Assembly: GCA_040768005.1 (NCBI GenBank)
Contig: JAXGNL010000006.1
Coordinates: 9,395-73,394, forward strand
Length of the DNA: 64,000 nt
DNA from: Kiritimatiellia bacterium
GTDB lineage: Bacteria > Verrucomicrobiota > Kiritimatiellia > CAIQIC01 > Lenti-01
Reading direction: 5' to 3'
Shown: positions 54,570 through 64,000 of the stretch, piece after piece
Numbering within the stretch: the stretch's first letter is position 1
Layout: every line of letters begins with the position of its first letter
Program-made: the position numbers and the translations under genes
Notes under the pieces: generated by a model
The model's database searches: none
What the model was told of the DNA's origin: nothing
What the model saw: the letters and a program-made list of their open reading frames with translations, nothing else

Positions 54570-55969
54570 ATAGGACTGACCCCCTTATTTCTTTTTTCCC
54601 CATCAGGCCCATATGCATCTGGGTTCTCTTGAGATCTTGATCAGATACTTCCCAATCAAGAAGAACTAACACAGTGGGTATTCGCAGTGGTTCTTAACGA
54701 GACCAAGGGAGTTCTTTAAAAAAGAAATAATTTTATCTTTGCCTCCTCTGTTTTCCTCTGGGTCCAATTGGGGTAAGCTTGTAAAGCGCAAATGATCAGC
54801 CTGCGAGACGAGCAACATGTGATAATACTGCTGCGTCGCAAGGGCCTTCAGTTAGCAATTCGGATTCCATGGAAAATTGAGAATTGGGTGCACCCAACCA
54901 GAAACGCCACGAGTATCAGCCGCATGGGTGAGCTCAGGTATGCTTAAATGATAAAATCTAGACTTCTCCATTTTCTAGCTCAACCAAATGCCTGGAATCA
55001 GCGGCCATAGTAAATATTGGCGAGTGGGATGTTACAAAGAATTGGAGCTTTGTATCGTCGTCTAGGCACCACTTTCGAATTGACCAGCCAAACGCGTTCC
55101 CAAATCTCGATGAAGCAGCTTCGGGTTCCTCAACACCCCATATTGTTGCTTGTTTCCAGCCGAAAAAACGACCATATGATGTGTCGAGTGCTTTAAGAAC
55201 TTGGTAAAGGAAAACGCCTGGTGACCGGCACTTCAATCTTCATCTTGAACTGAGAGGCCGTGTTGGCCTTTTGCCTGAAACCCGCCCATTACAAGCATAT
55301 CATTTATTGTATCAGTCGTTGACACTGATGGGTCGGATAATGGAGAGTCGGCGCTGCCGAGAGATTCGCTCGCGTCAAGTAGCATGCGTTTTGCTGGCAA
55401 GCTGAAGCGCTTGTAAAAGTGCAGATGCGTGCTGATCTCCTTTCATGCGGCCAAATATTGAACTGGCAATGGCTTGGGCTTTCACTGCGTAAAATCGCAG
55501 AAGGAACCGTGCGGTTTGGTATATGACGATAGGTGATGATAAAACTGACGACCAATATCCTCGCCTCCATTTATCCGATTACCTTGAACCTCAACTTCCA
55601 AACGATCGGCTGGTCTGCGTAGTTGATTCAGTTCCCAATATCGTGTGATAGAAAATTCCGATCCAAGGGCAGTCAGCGGGTTTAGTTCTTTTTCGTAGAT
55701 GGAAATTAGGCGGGGTGCGAAATGAGCACGAATACTGATTCGTTTCTTTACGCCTTCTCGGGCTTTGTTCATAATGATCTCGTGCAAAATCAACAGGTTT
55801 TCCGGGCTCGATCTCGCCATTAAAAAACATGTTAAGTGCGCGTAAAGCATTTGATTTTCCGCTGGAGTTTCTTCCTACAAACACATTTAAATTAATTACA
55901 TGTGTCAGTCAATTGCTGTGCTTGTATCGATCTCAACCCGTCAATATTGATGTCAGTGATTAGATTCAT
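54570..55969 (-). pseudogene. OLD-family/AAA_15 ABC ATPase-TOPRIM nuclease, multiply frameshifted and probably 3'-truncated
   Basis: Reconstructed MNLITDINIDGLRSI, Walker A GRNSSGKS, Walker B WGVEEPE, H-loop TSHSP, TOPRIM LTEG.CD, GG and VLLDWE. Confidence 0.7.
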
Positions 55970-56268
55970 AATGAATATATATAGCGGAAGGGCTGCTGAT
56001 GGTTAGGTTGCTATTCTGAAACCGATTATTTTAAAATATGAAGTCAATGCGGATAAGAAGCATGCAGGGGTTGGGGGCGGAGGTGGAGCGGATGCAATTC
56101 TAGCCGGACGCATGTAGATATAATAGCAGAGATTGGCGCGGAACAGCGTTAGAAAATGGTTAATTTATTGTGCGCAAGTGATTGACAAGAGGAGGATGGG
56201 GAATCGCGGCCTGGGGAGCACGAATATTCCGGATTCGTGAGCCAGAAGAAGGTGGGATCAACACCCCG

Positions 56269-57981
56269 CTAGCTTATCCCAGAACTTAGATTCGGCAGTA
56301 AAGAGCCTCTTAATATAGTTGTCATTCCGGTTGATGATAATGAGAATACCCCTTCGTCTTCGCTGAACACCCAGAAGTCAATTGCGGGCAGTCCCGTGAC
56401 CATATGATGTGTTGAAGCTGGCCGTAGAAAAGCTTGGGTAATCCTTCCGTGCGGCATCAAAGGTGCGCTCACCGCACTTGATTTCAATGACGGTTTTACA
56501 GTCTATCGAAAGCCCGTCCAGGCTGGCATGGAGCCATGGATAGCCCTTGTGCTCGATGCAGACAGGTACGACCAATTCCCCGCTGGGCGATATAGGCTTC
56601 TCGGGCGATGTGGGTTCCACCGGTGCCGCGTCGCATCGCTTCGTTTTCTTCGTGGCTCGTTATCCCCGTGCCTTTTTCCCGTTCAACGTCGGATGCGCTT
56701 TCTTCCAGGGTTTTCACCCATGATTACGGGGGCGTCGGACGCGCCGGAGCTCTGGTTGCGCCAAGTCAGCCATTCTTCGGAGCCTTGGGTTAAAGAAAGT
56801 GTACCATAGAAGTTGCCCTCCGCGGCATCGTTGGTGATTCTTTGGGCGCAGGCTTGGAGCGGGTTCCCGCCCTTGAATTCCGCAAGCATTTCTTCGAGAA
56901 AGGCCATCAGTTCGTCGTTCTTGCGTGGCGAAAATCCCGTCTTCTGCGATTTTCTCGACCAGATCCGCAATCACGTTCATGGGGTACACGTTGGGATGGG
57001 GACATTGAATTCAGCCAGTTGCGCAACAGATGAACTCGTCCGCCGTGATGACTCCGTCCGACATAATGCCTTTGCAAATGCCCGAGAGCTCGGCGATTTC
57101 CCGTTTGATGGCCTGGGCAACTGGATCACGCTGTTTTCTGGCCGGGGGAAGCGGAGCCGCCTTCTTGGGCTTTGATTTTCTTTTTCTGGGAGCCGATGAG
57201 GCAAACTCCGGCAATTCTTCGACGAAACCCATTGCGCCATGCCTTCGCGCCAGGCGAAGAACGAGCGGTTGCCCAAGGCGGACTTAATGTAGGCCACAGT
57301 GAAGGGCCGGCAGCGCGATAAGTCCTCCTGCAGGACATACCATTCCGGGTTTTGCGGGATCGCATTCCGGATCATTTCAAGGCAAAATTATGACGGGTGT
57401 CCATGCGAGAACTTCTGGATGGCGACGAACCCTTCAATGCCGCCATTGATCAGGCGAGGCTTGATGATGTCGGTCATGAGCCGGACCAGCGTTTCCACAT
57501 CGTTGCGGCCCCGATGGGACCGGGGGGGGGGGCGACAATGAGAGCGTTGGGAAGAGAAGAACTGCTTGAGGAGTTCTTGAGCTTGTAGTTCGGCGATTCC
57601 GGAATGGTCCGCCGTGAAAGCGTCAGCGCACAGAATCTTGGAGCCTGAGGCGGGAGCCGGAGGCGGGAGTATTCGGGCAGGGAGAACGCGGTCCCAATCA
57701 AAGCCCGGATTGTAGGCGACAATGGGTAAATCCTGTGCGTATTCGTGAAACAGGTTGTGGGCTTCGATGGGGTCGGCCCCGTATTTCCGGAGGTATCCTC
57801 GCGAATAGCCATGAACGGCCTCTGCTGAAGGGTCAATGGGGACATCATGATCTGCGAATCTGAACGGCTTGCCTTCGGGTTCCCATCCGCACATCCGCTG
57901 GGCGGCGATTTCGACCGCGTGAATGGGTTGGGAAAGGCCGTCGGTTTCCGTATCAACAATCAGCCAATGCTCCTTGTGCAT
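56269..57981 (-). CDS. Fusion: DEDDh 3'-5' exonuclease + GYF_2 + TerB-like helical domain + YqaJ/lambda-exonuclease domain (frameshifted)
   Basis: IVDTETDG / AYN..FD / HRGRND; WY...WREGM..W; ELSGICKGIMSDGVI; QGSEEW...GASDA..IMG, AMRRG, ASLDG and IEIKC in collinear order. Confidence 0.7.
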
Positions 57982-58289
57982 TCAGTTACTCCCATCCGGT
58001 CTACGGCGAATATTTGAACGTGGGTCTCGTCGTGAGCCGCGGCGGCTGAGAGGTCGAACCAGTTGCGGTCGGTTATTCCGACGAAGTACTTTCATTGGAG
58101 GCGGGCCGAAATCACGGCGGAAAAATAGCAGATACGAAGGGCGGTTGTCGAGGGCGGAAATAACTATTGAAAAGCGGCAAAATGTGCGAAAAAATGGCAA
58201 AATATGAGAAAAAACGGCCCCAAAAGGGCGAAAAACAGTTAAAATAGACCCAAATGGCAAAAATAGGCAAAAAGGCCATGGGGATTATT

Positions 58290-59326
58290 CATCACGAAAA
58301 TCGCGAATTACGCGAAAGGGATCGGAATAGGAAAGGGCTGATGCCGCAAGGGGCATCTCCGGACGATATTGACGGTAGGTACGGGGCCGATCGGGCGTTG
58401 GCGTCCTTTGCGACTTTGCGTTGAAGGATCGGGGATTTAACGCAAGGGCGCAAAGGGCGCGAGGGGAACGCTAGCGCCGGACGGGGAGGCGATTATTTTA
58501 GACAAGATTAACAGGATTTAGTAGGAGGCGGAAGGGCCGGCGCGAGGTCGTAGGTTTGAGACCGGACGGGGGATCTTAACGCAAGAGTCGCTAGAGGCGC
58601 AAAAGGAACGCTAACGCCGGATGGGAAGGCCGGGGCCCGCGATGAACCGCTGGGGCCTTGGATTATCCGTGAGAACAAACGGGACGCTTGTCTCCGCGGG
58701 TAATCCAGCGTCCCCGATGCCGCGCGGCATCCCCCGGCCGATCTTTACGGTACGGAACTGATCGGCGATGGCGTCGTTTGCGCCTTTTTGCGTTGAAGGG
58801 ATCTGATTCACCCACGGGCGCCCGTGGGGGCCTTAAAAAGCCCGGACGGACGGCGCGGGGGCATTTGGCCTTGGCGGGCATGGCGAGCCATGCCTGCGGC
58901 TTGGTAAACTTGGCGAGAGATGGGTCGGGAATTGAACAGCCGGTTTCTCTCACAGGGGCACGGCGGCACAGGAGGGAGTCGGAGAGGGAATTAACGCAAG
59001 AGCCGCAAAGGGCGCGAAAGAAACGCTGGCGCCGGGCAGGGAAAGGTCGGGGGTTGGGCGGGCGAAACAGCCAAAGATTTTAACGCAAGGGGCGCAAGGG
59101 ACGCGAAGGGTTCGCAAGCGCAGGATGGGGGGAGGCCGGGGCCGTCTTGCAGGCGTCTAGGTTGTCTGGTTCTGCCTGTGCCGCGCACGCAGTGTGTGCC
59201 TCACGGGCGGCTCCAAACAACCCAACGGATTCTATGAATCCGTCCCGGCCGATCGGGATCTGGATCCGAACGGTACGGAACGGGTCGGCGTTGGCGTCGA
59301 TTGCGTCGTTTGCGTTGAGTGGATCG
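58290..59326. repeat. BIME-like array of ~55-65 bp 9-nt-period repeats in both orientations
   Basis: Four TTAACGCAAG..CGC(A/T)A.. copies and three inverted ..TTGCG..TTTGCGTTGA..GATC copies. Confidence 0.85.
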
Positions 59327-59331
59327 GGGTT

Positions 59332-61639
59332 TTAGGCCTTCGCTGCGAGAGCAGCCAAAATCTTCTCGGGTGTCACCGGGATTTCGGTGAATTCGATGCC
59401 GGTGGCGTCGTGGATGGCGTTGAGGACGGCGGGGGCGACGCCGACGACGGGATGCTCGCCGATGCCGCGGGCGCCGAAGGGGCCGACTTCGCCGGGGCTT
59501 TGACGCACCGATGAATTGCCCAGCGGGGGCGTCCTTGATGCTGGGGAAGCGGTATTTGCCGAACGACGGGTTGAGGATCTTGCCGTTTTCGTCGTAGCGG
59601 ATTTCTCGTGGAGTGGTGGCGCCAGTCCGATCATGACGCCGCCGGCGATTTGTCCGCGGATCTGTTTTGGGATTGATGACGGTGCCGACATCGAAGGACG
59701 AGGCGAAGTGGTCAATGAGGACCTTGCCGGTTTTCGATGCGGATCTGGCAGGCCTGGGCGCCGAAGGTGTATTCGACGCCGAGACCGCCGCGCGTCCGTC
59801 GGCATCCGGGTTGGAGTAGCGGGGCAGGCGGGCATCGGAGGTGGTATGGACGACGTCGCCGATGGTGATGCCGAGCCCGGGTGATGTAGCCGTGGATGAG
59901 GCGCTGGATGGGGATGCCCAGGTCGGGATCGTGCTTGAGGAAGACGCGCTGGCCGCCGTAGTCGAGGTGATCGACATCGACGAGGAGGGCCTTGGCGGCG
60001 GTTTCCTTCATGACGGCGATGGCTTTGTTGCAGGCGCGGATGATGGCGCGTCCGCCTGCGGGTGAACATGGAGCCGATGGTCTGCCATTCCCAGGGGCAG
60101 TACTGGGTATCGATTTCGCGGTAGACGCTGATCTTGGCGGGGTCGATCTGGAGGGCTTCGCCGGCGATCTGCTGGACGGCCATGCGCAGGCCCTGGCCGA
60201 CTTCGGCGCCGCCCATGTTGATGACGACGGAGCCGTCGGGGTTCATCTTGAGGTAGCAGGACTTGGAGGAGAAGGGGGCGCCCTTGGGGGATTTCATGAG
60301 GGCGGCGAAGCCGCGGCCGTAGAAGTAGGTGTCATCCTCGGCGGGCTTGTCGCCGGCGAAGACGGCGGCGCGGACCTTTTCCTGGCATTCGAGGACGGAG
60401 CCGTTGGTTTCGTAGTAGCGCTCGCCGGCGGCGTTCTGTTTGCCGGGGCCGAGGTAGTTTTTCTCGCGGAGGGCGAAGGGGTCCATGCCGAGCTTGCGGG
60501 CGAGCTGGTCCATGAGGCGTTCGACGGGGAGGTGGCCTTCCTGGTGCCCGTAGCCGCGGAAGGCGCTGACGGCGGTGTTGGCAACGCATCAACGGAGCAG
60601 GGCGCAAGGCAACTCGTAGGCCGGTAAGCGTGGGTGGCGGCGTTGTAGACGTGCACGCCGGTGTCGGAGAACGCGCCGGTGGAGTGGAGGATATCGGCCT
60701 GAATGGCGACGAGGGTGCCGTCCTTTTTGGCGCCGATCTTCATCTTGTGGCGGAAGCCGTGCCCGATGAGGGTGCTGGTGAAGTCTTCGCGGCGGGAGGC
60801 GACCCACTTGACGGGGCGCCCGGGGACGTGGGAGGCGATCCAGGCGACGGTCTGTTCGACGGTGATGTCGGACTTGGTAGCCGAAGCGTGCCCGCCGATT
60901 TCGGGGATGCGGACGCGGACCATGGAGGAGAGGGGATGTGGTAGGCGTGGGCGAGGTCGTCGCGATGATGAAGGGGCAGATGGAGGAGGACCAGGCGTCG
61001 ATGGTGCCGTCTTCGTTGAAGCGGACGATGGCGCCGTGGGGTTCGATGGCGGCGCAGGAGCCGTGTAGATGGATTGGTCCGCCTTCGACGACGACGTCGG
61101 CCTCGGCGAAGCCCTTTTCGACGTCGCCCTTCTTGAGGCGGTACGTGTTGGCGATGTTGGTGCCGGGGACGGCGCCCATGCCGGGGAGGTGCCAGTAGTT
61201 TTCGGCGTGGTCGTGGATCAGGACGGCGTCGGGGGCGAGCGCGGCGCGGGCGTCGGTATAGACGGGCAGGGGCTTGTATTCGACCTTGATTTTGGCGAGG
61301 GCTTCCGTGGCCTGTCGCTTGGTCTGGGCGATGACGGCGGCGACATGGTCGCCGATGTGGCGGACCTTTTTCACGGCCATGGGGGAGATGTCGTCGATGT
61401 TGTCGCCGTAGAGGGTTTTGCAGTCGCGGCCGGTGACGACCTTGACGACGCCGGGCATTTTTCCGCTTCGGCGGTGTCGATGGAGAGGATATCGGCGTGG
61501 GCGGTTCTCGGGGTGGAGGATGGGCGGCGTGAGGAGGCCGGGGAGGCGGATGTCGTCGAGGTACTGGACTTTGCCGATGGCCTTCTGGATGGCGTCGGGG
61601 CGGGGTGAGGGATTGATCGATGTATTTGAATTTGGCCAT
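59332..61639 (-). CDS. Xanthine dehydrogenase/CoxL-family molybdopterin-binding subunit (heavily frameshifted)
   Basis: MAKFKYI start, PGVVKVVT, KGDVEKGF.EAD, IEPHG, GAEVGQG, QIAGG and GPFGARGIGE.P...APAV.NAI.DATG. Confidence 0.85.
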
Positions 61640-61706
61640 GGGGGGCTCCGGGTTCTGGAAGTTCCACAGGGGGAGACACTGTATCACGGGGCGGGGAGGG
61701 GCACTA

Positions 61707-61930
61707 GGAATGAAGAATTGCGAATGAAGAATTGAGAATGAAGAATGAGGGAAGCGGGAGTAACAGCCGGGGGGCACCACGGATGACACGGAGGACACGG
61801 GATGAGGAGGGGGAGAGGGAACAGCCGGGGCAGTTGGAAAGTCGTGAGCTACGGATTTCACGGAAGGACAGGACGCAGAGAGAGGGGAGGAGGGCGATTA
61901 TAAATGAAGAATTATGAATGAAGAATGAGG
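61707..61930. repeat. Heptamer (GAATGAA) and nonamer (CACGGA) repeat blocks
   Basis: GAATGAAGAATTGCGAATGAAGAATTGAGAATGAAGAATGAG; CCACGGATGACACGGAGGACACGG; ATAAATGAAGAATTATGAATGAAGAATGAG. Confidence 0.8.
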
Positions 61931-62294
61931 GGGGAGAGGGGCGGAGGAAGCGTTTAAAGGGAGGGAGGGGTTGGAGGGATGACCCTTTCCGTCCTGTTGA
62001 GTGGAGGCGCATAGCGCCGGAATCGAAATCACTTGTCCCCGCTGCGGGATTCCGGCCTGTTCCCGATGGCTGGCCTTGCGGACCAGGCCGAGATCCTCGA
62101 CTCCCGCCTTCGCGCAAGGCTTCGGCGGCCAAGTCCGGCTCGGGATGACAGCCTCCCGCGGTCAAATCGCTCACATCTGATCCGTCGTGCAACACCAGTT
62201 CCCGCAGATGGTTGGAAAATATCAGCTCTTCAACAGTTGGACAGGCATGATTAGGAATAAAGAATGATGGGGGGCGGAAAACGGGCTTGCCATT

Positions 62295-62320
62295 CCGATA
62301 TACATTCGGATATACATCGG
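62295..62320. promoter_or_regulatory. Putative ModE operator overlapping the regulator's own promoter
   Basis: CGATATACA-TTCGGA-TATACATCG resembles the CG(T/A)TATATA-N-TATATA(A/T)CG ModE box; TTGCCA at 62287 and TATACA at 62311. Confidence 0.7.
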
Positions 62321-62323
62321 CGC

Positions 62324-62665
62324 ATGAAGGTGCATGTGAAGCTGGCGCTGGCGAACGGACAGGACGAGGAGTTCTGCGGGGCGGGGGTTTTGGAGCTGCT
62401 GGAGGGGATCGGGGCGCATGGTTCGATCCATCGGGCGGCGCAGGAGATGGGGCTGTCGTACGTGAAGGCGCTGAAGATCCTGAACCGGGTGGAGAAGGAG
62501 CTGGGGCAGACGCTGCTGGAGCGTCACAAGGGCGGGGCGGAGCGGGGGCGGACGGAACTGACGCCGTTTGCGCGGCGGTTCATGCGGGATTTCGCCCGGC
62601 TGCGCGGCCGGGTGCGGCGGGCGGCGGATGCGGCGTTTAAGGGATTCCGGGAGACATATGAGTAG
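62324..62665 (+). CDS. modE: ModE-family winged-HTH regulator (no molybdate-binding TOBE domains)
   Basis: G.G..ELL..I...GSI..AA.EMGLSY..A......E..LG..LL....GG...G.T.LT. Confidence 0.85.
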   Translation: MKVHVKLALANGQDEEFCGAGVLELLEGIGAHGSIHRAAQEMGLSYVKALKILNRVEKELGQTLLERHKGGAERGRTELTPFARRFMRDFARLRGRVRRAADAAFKGFRETYE

Positions 62666-62815
62666 AGGGCGGAGGACAGAGGACAGAGGACGGAGGACAG
62701 AGGCCAGAGGGCAGAGGATAGAGGGCATCCGCCTTCGCCAAGGCTTCCCACTTCACATAAAATTACGTGGGACAAGACGGCGGACAAGGGGGACAGGGGA
62801 CAGAGGACAGAGGAA
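62663..62815. repeat. GAGGACA heptamer array interrupted by two nested CTTG-led hairpins
   Basis: Removing 62728-62788 restores the 7-nt phase. Confidence 0.85.
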
Positions 62816-62880
62816 CAGCCGGGGTACGGATCACGGAGTACTGATGTCTGAAACGGTTTGAAAAAGCGAAAGGGAAGTGA

Positions 62881-64000
62881 ATGAACAGGCGGCAAGGATG
62901 GATGATCGGGGTGGTGACGGCGGGGCTGCTGGCGGCGGGCGCGTGGGCGCAGGAGGAGGCGTCGGAGGTGTTTTCGCTGGGGGAGGTGCTGGTGGTGGGG
63001 ACGGAGGACCCGGCGGGGGAAGGGACGGCGGCGCAGGTGACGGGGGAGCAGGCGGACCGCCGGTTCCGGCGCAGCGTGGGGGAGGCGGCGGCGCTGGCGC
63101 CGGGCGTGACGCTGGTGCGGGTCGGGGGGCGCAACGAAGCGATGGCGTACGTGCGCGGATACGACACGCGGCAGGTGCCGCTGTTCATTGACGGCATTCC
63201 GGTTTATGTGCCCTATGACGGCAACGTGGACATGGGGCGGCTGGATACGTTCGGCATGTCCGGGCTGTCCATTGCCAAGGGGTTCAGTCCGGTGGTGTAC
63301 GGGCCGAACACGCTGGGGGGGGCGATCAACGTGGTGAGCCGCCGGCCGTCGCAGCCGGAGGAGCTGGAGACGCGGGCGGGGGTATTCAGCGGGGAGGGCC
63401 TGGAGGGGGCGGTGCGGGGCGGTCTGCTGCGGAAGAACGGCTATGCGCAGGCGGGGGTGTCGTGGCGGGAGCGCGATGATTTCCGGGTGTCGGACGATTT
63501 CCGGGCGGTGGAGACGGAAGACGGGGGGCGGCGGGGGAACTCCGACAGCCGGGACGTGCAGATCCACGCGAAGGCGGGGTGGACACCGGGCGGGGGCGAG
63601 GACGAGCTGGCGGCGGGGTTCATGCGGCAGGACAGCGAGAAGGGGGTGCCGGTTTACGCGGGCACGGACCCGGGCACGGTGCCGAGGTACTGGCGGTACA
63701 CGGAGTGGGTGAAGAACAGCGTGTATGCCGTGGGGCACAAGCGGCTCGGGCAGACGGGATACGTGAAGCCGCGGATCTACTACGACACCTACGAAAACAC
63801 GCTGAAGGCGTATGACGACGACACGTACACGACGCAGACGAAGCGGTCGTCGTGGACGAGCATTTACGATGATTATTCGTTCGGGGGGTCGGTGGAAGGC
63901 GGGGCGGTGGCGGCCGAGCGGCACGACCTGCGGGCGGCGGTGCATTACAAGCAGGATGTGCACCGCGAGCACAACGCGGGCAGTTCGGAGGCGACGTTCA
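62881..64000 (+). CDS. TonB-dependent receptor, 3'-partial
   Basis: Hand translation from ATG 62881: signal peptide MNRRQGWMIG...AWA, LGEVLVVG TonB box, VRGYD, IDGIPVY.PYDG and YGPNTLGGAINVVS plug; absent from the ORF track because it runs off the window. Confidence 0.92.
   Translation, partial: MNRRQGWMIGVVTAGLLAAGAWAQEEASEVFSLGEVLVVGTEDPAGEGTAAQVTGEQADRRFRRSVGEAAALAPGVTLVRVGGRNEAMAYVRGYDTRQVPLFIDGIPVYVPYDGNVDMGRLDTFGMSGLSIAKGFSPVVYGPNTLGGAINVVSRRPSQPEELETRAGVFSGEGLEGAVRGGLLRKNGYAQAGVSWRERDDFRVSDDFRAVETEDGGRRGNSDSRDVQIHAKAGWTPGGGEDELAAGFMRQDSEKGVPVYAGTDPGTVPRYWRYTEWVKNSVYAVGHKRLGQTGYVKPRIYYDTYENTLKAYDDDTYTTQTKRSSWTSIYDDYSFGGSVEGGAVAAERHDLRAAVHYKQDVHREHNAGSSEATF

Noticed and set aside
47100-54600. 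Integron cassette array or prophage
   Set aside because: No integrase, no convincing attC (RYYYAAC...GTTRRRY) sites and no phage structural genes
58290-59326. Possible CRISPR array
   Set aside because: Repeats are degenerate, in mixed orientation and irregularly spaced; no cas genes in the window
61640-61705. Moco riboswitch upstream of the molybdoenzyme gene
   Set aside because: No recognisable Moco RNA motif

Overview
GC-rich bacterial chromosome segment, probably PVC superphylum (Kiritimatiellia-like). That placement is inferred from protein families and was not searched. In order: (1) the end of a glycerol-phosphate/glycosyltransferase surface-polymer locus, carrying an inserted DUF6036 nucleotidyltransferase pair and a chimeric cytidylyltransferase; (2) a ~17.2 kb gene for a ~5,700-aa secreted protein of 12 tandem beta-helix/Ig-like modules, followed by VanZ-like and GT2 genes; (3) an FMN-riboswitch-led ribBA-ribH-nusB-ftsY-ribD-ribE cluster; (4) AsmA-like, cysK, metY, malic enzyme, MscS-like and codB genes; (5) several secreted proteins, three of which in the window share a C-terminal domain; (6) an accessory region with an IS4 element carrying a DUF6788-like gene, plus a lower-GC island encoding an OLD-like ATPase-TOPRIM and a DEDDh-GYF-TerB-like-YqaJ double-exonuclease fusion; (7) a molybdenum locus (xanthine dehydrogenase-family subunit, ModE-like regulator with operator, TonB receptor). 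The most unusual signal is non-coding. Intergenic regions hold mosaics of 7-nt and 9-nt-period repeat blocks, and 18-31 nt CTTG-led hairpins are inserted into them precisely, without target duplication, once even into each other. Many genes have clustered 1-2 nt indels that look like long-read errors, so frameshifted calls are reconstructions. No rRNA, tRNA or CRISPR array was found.
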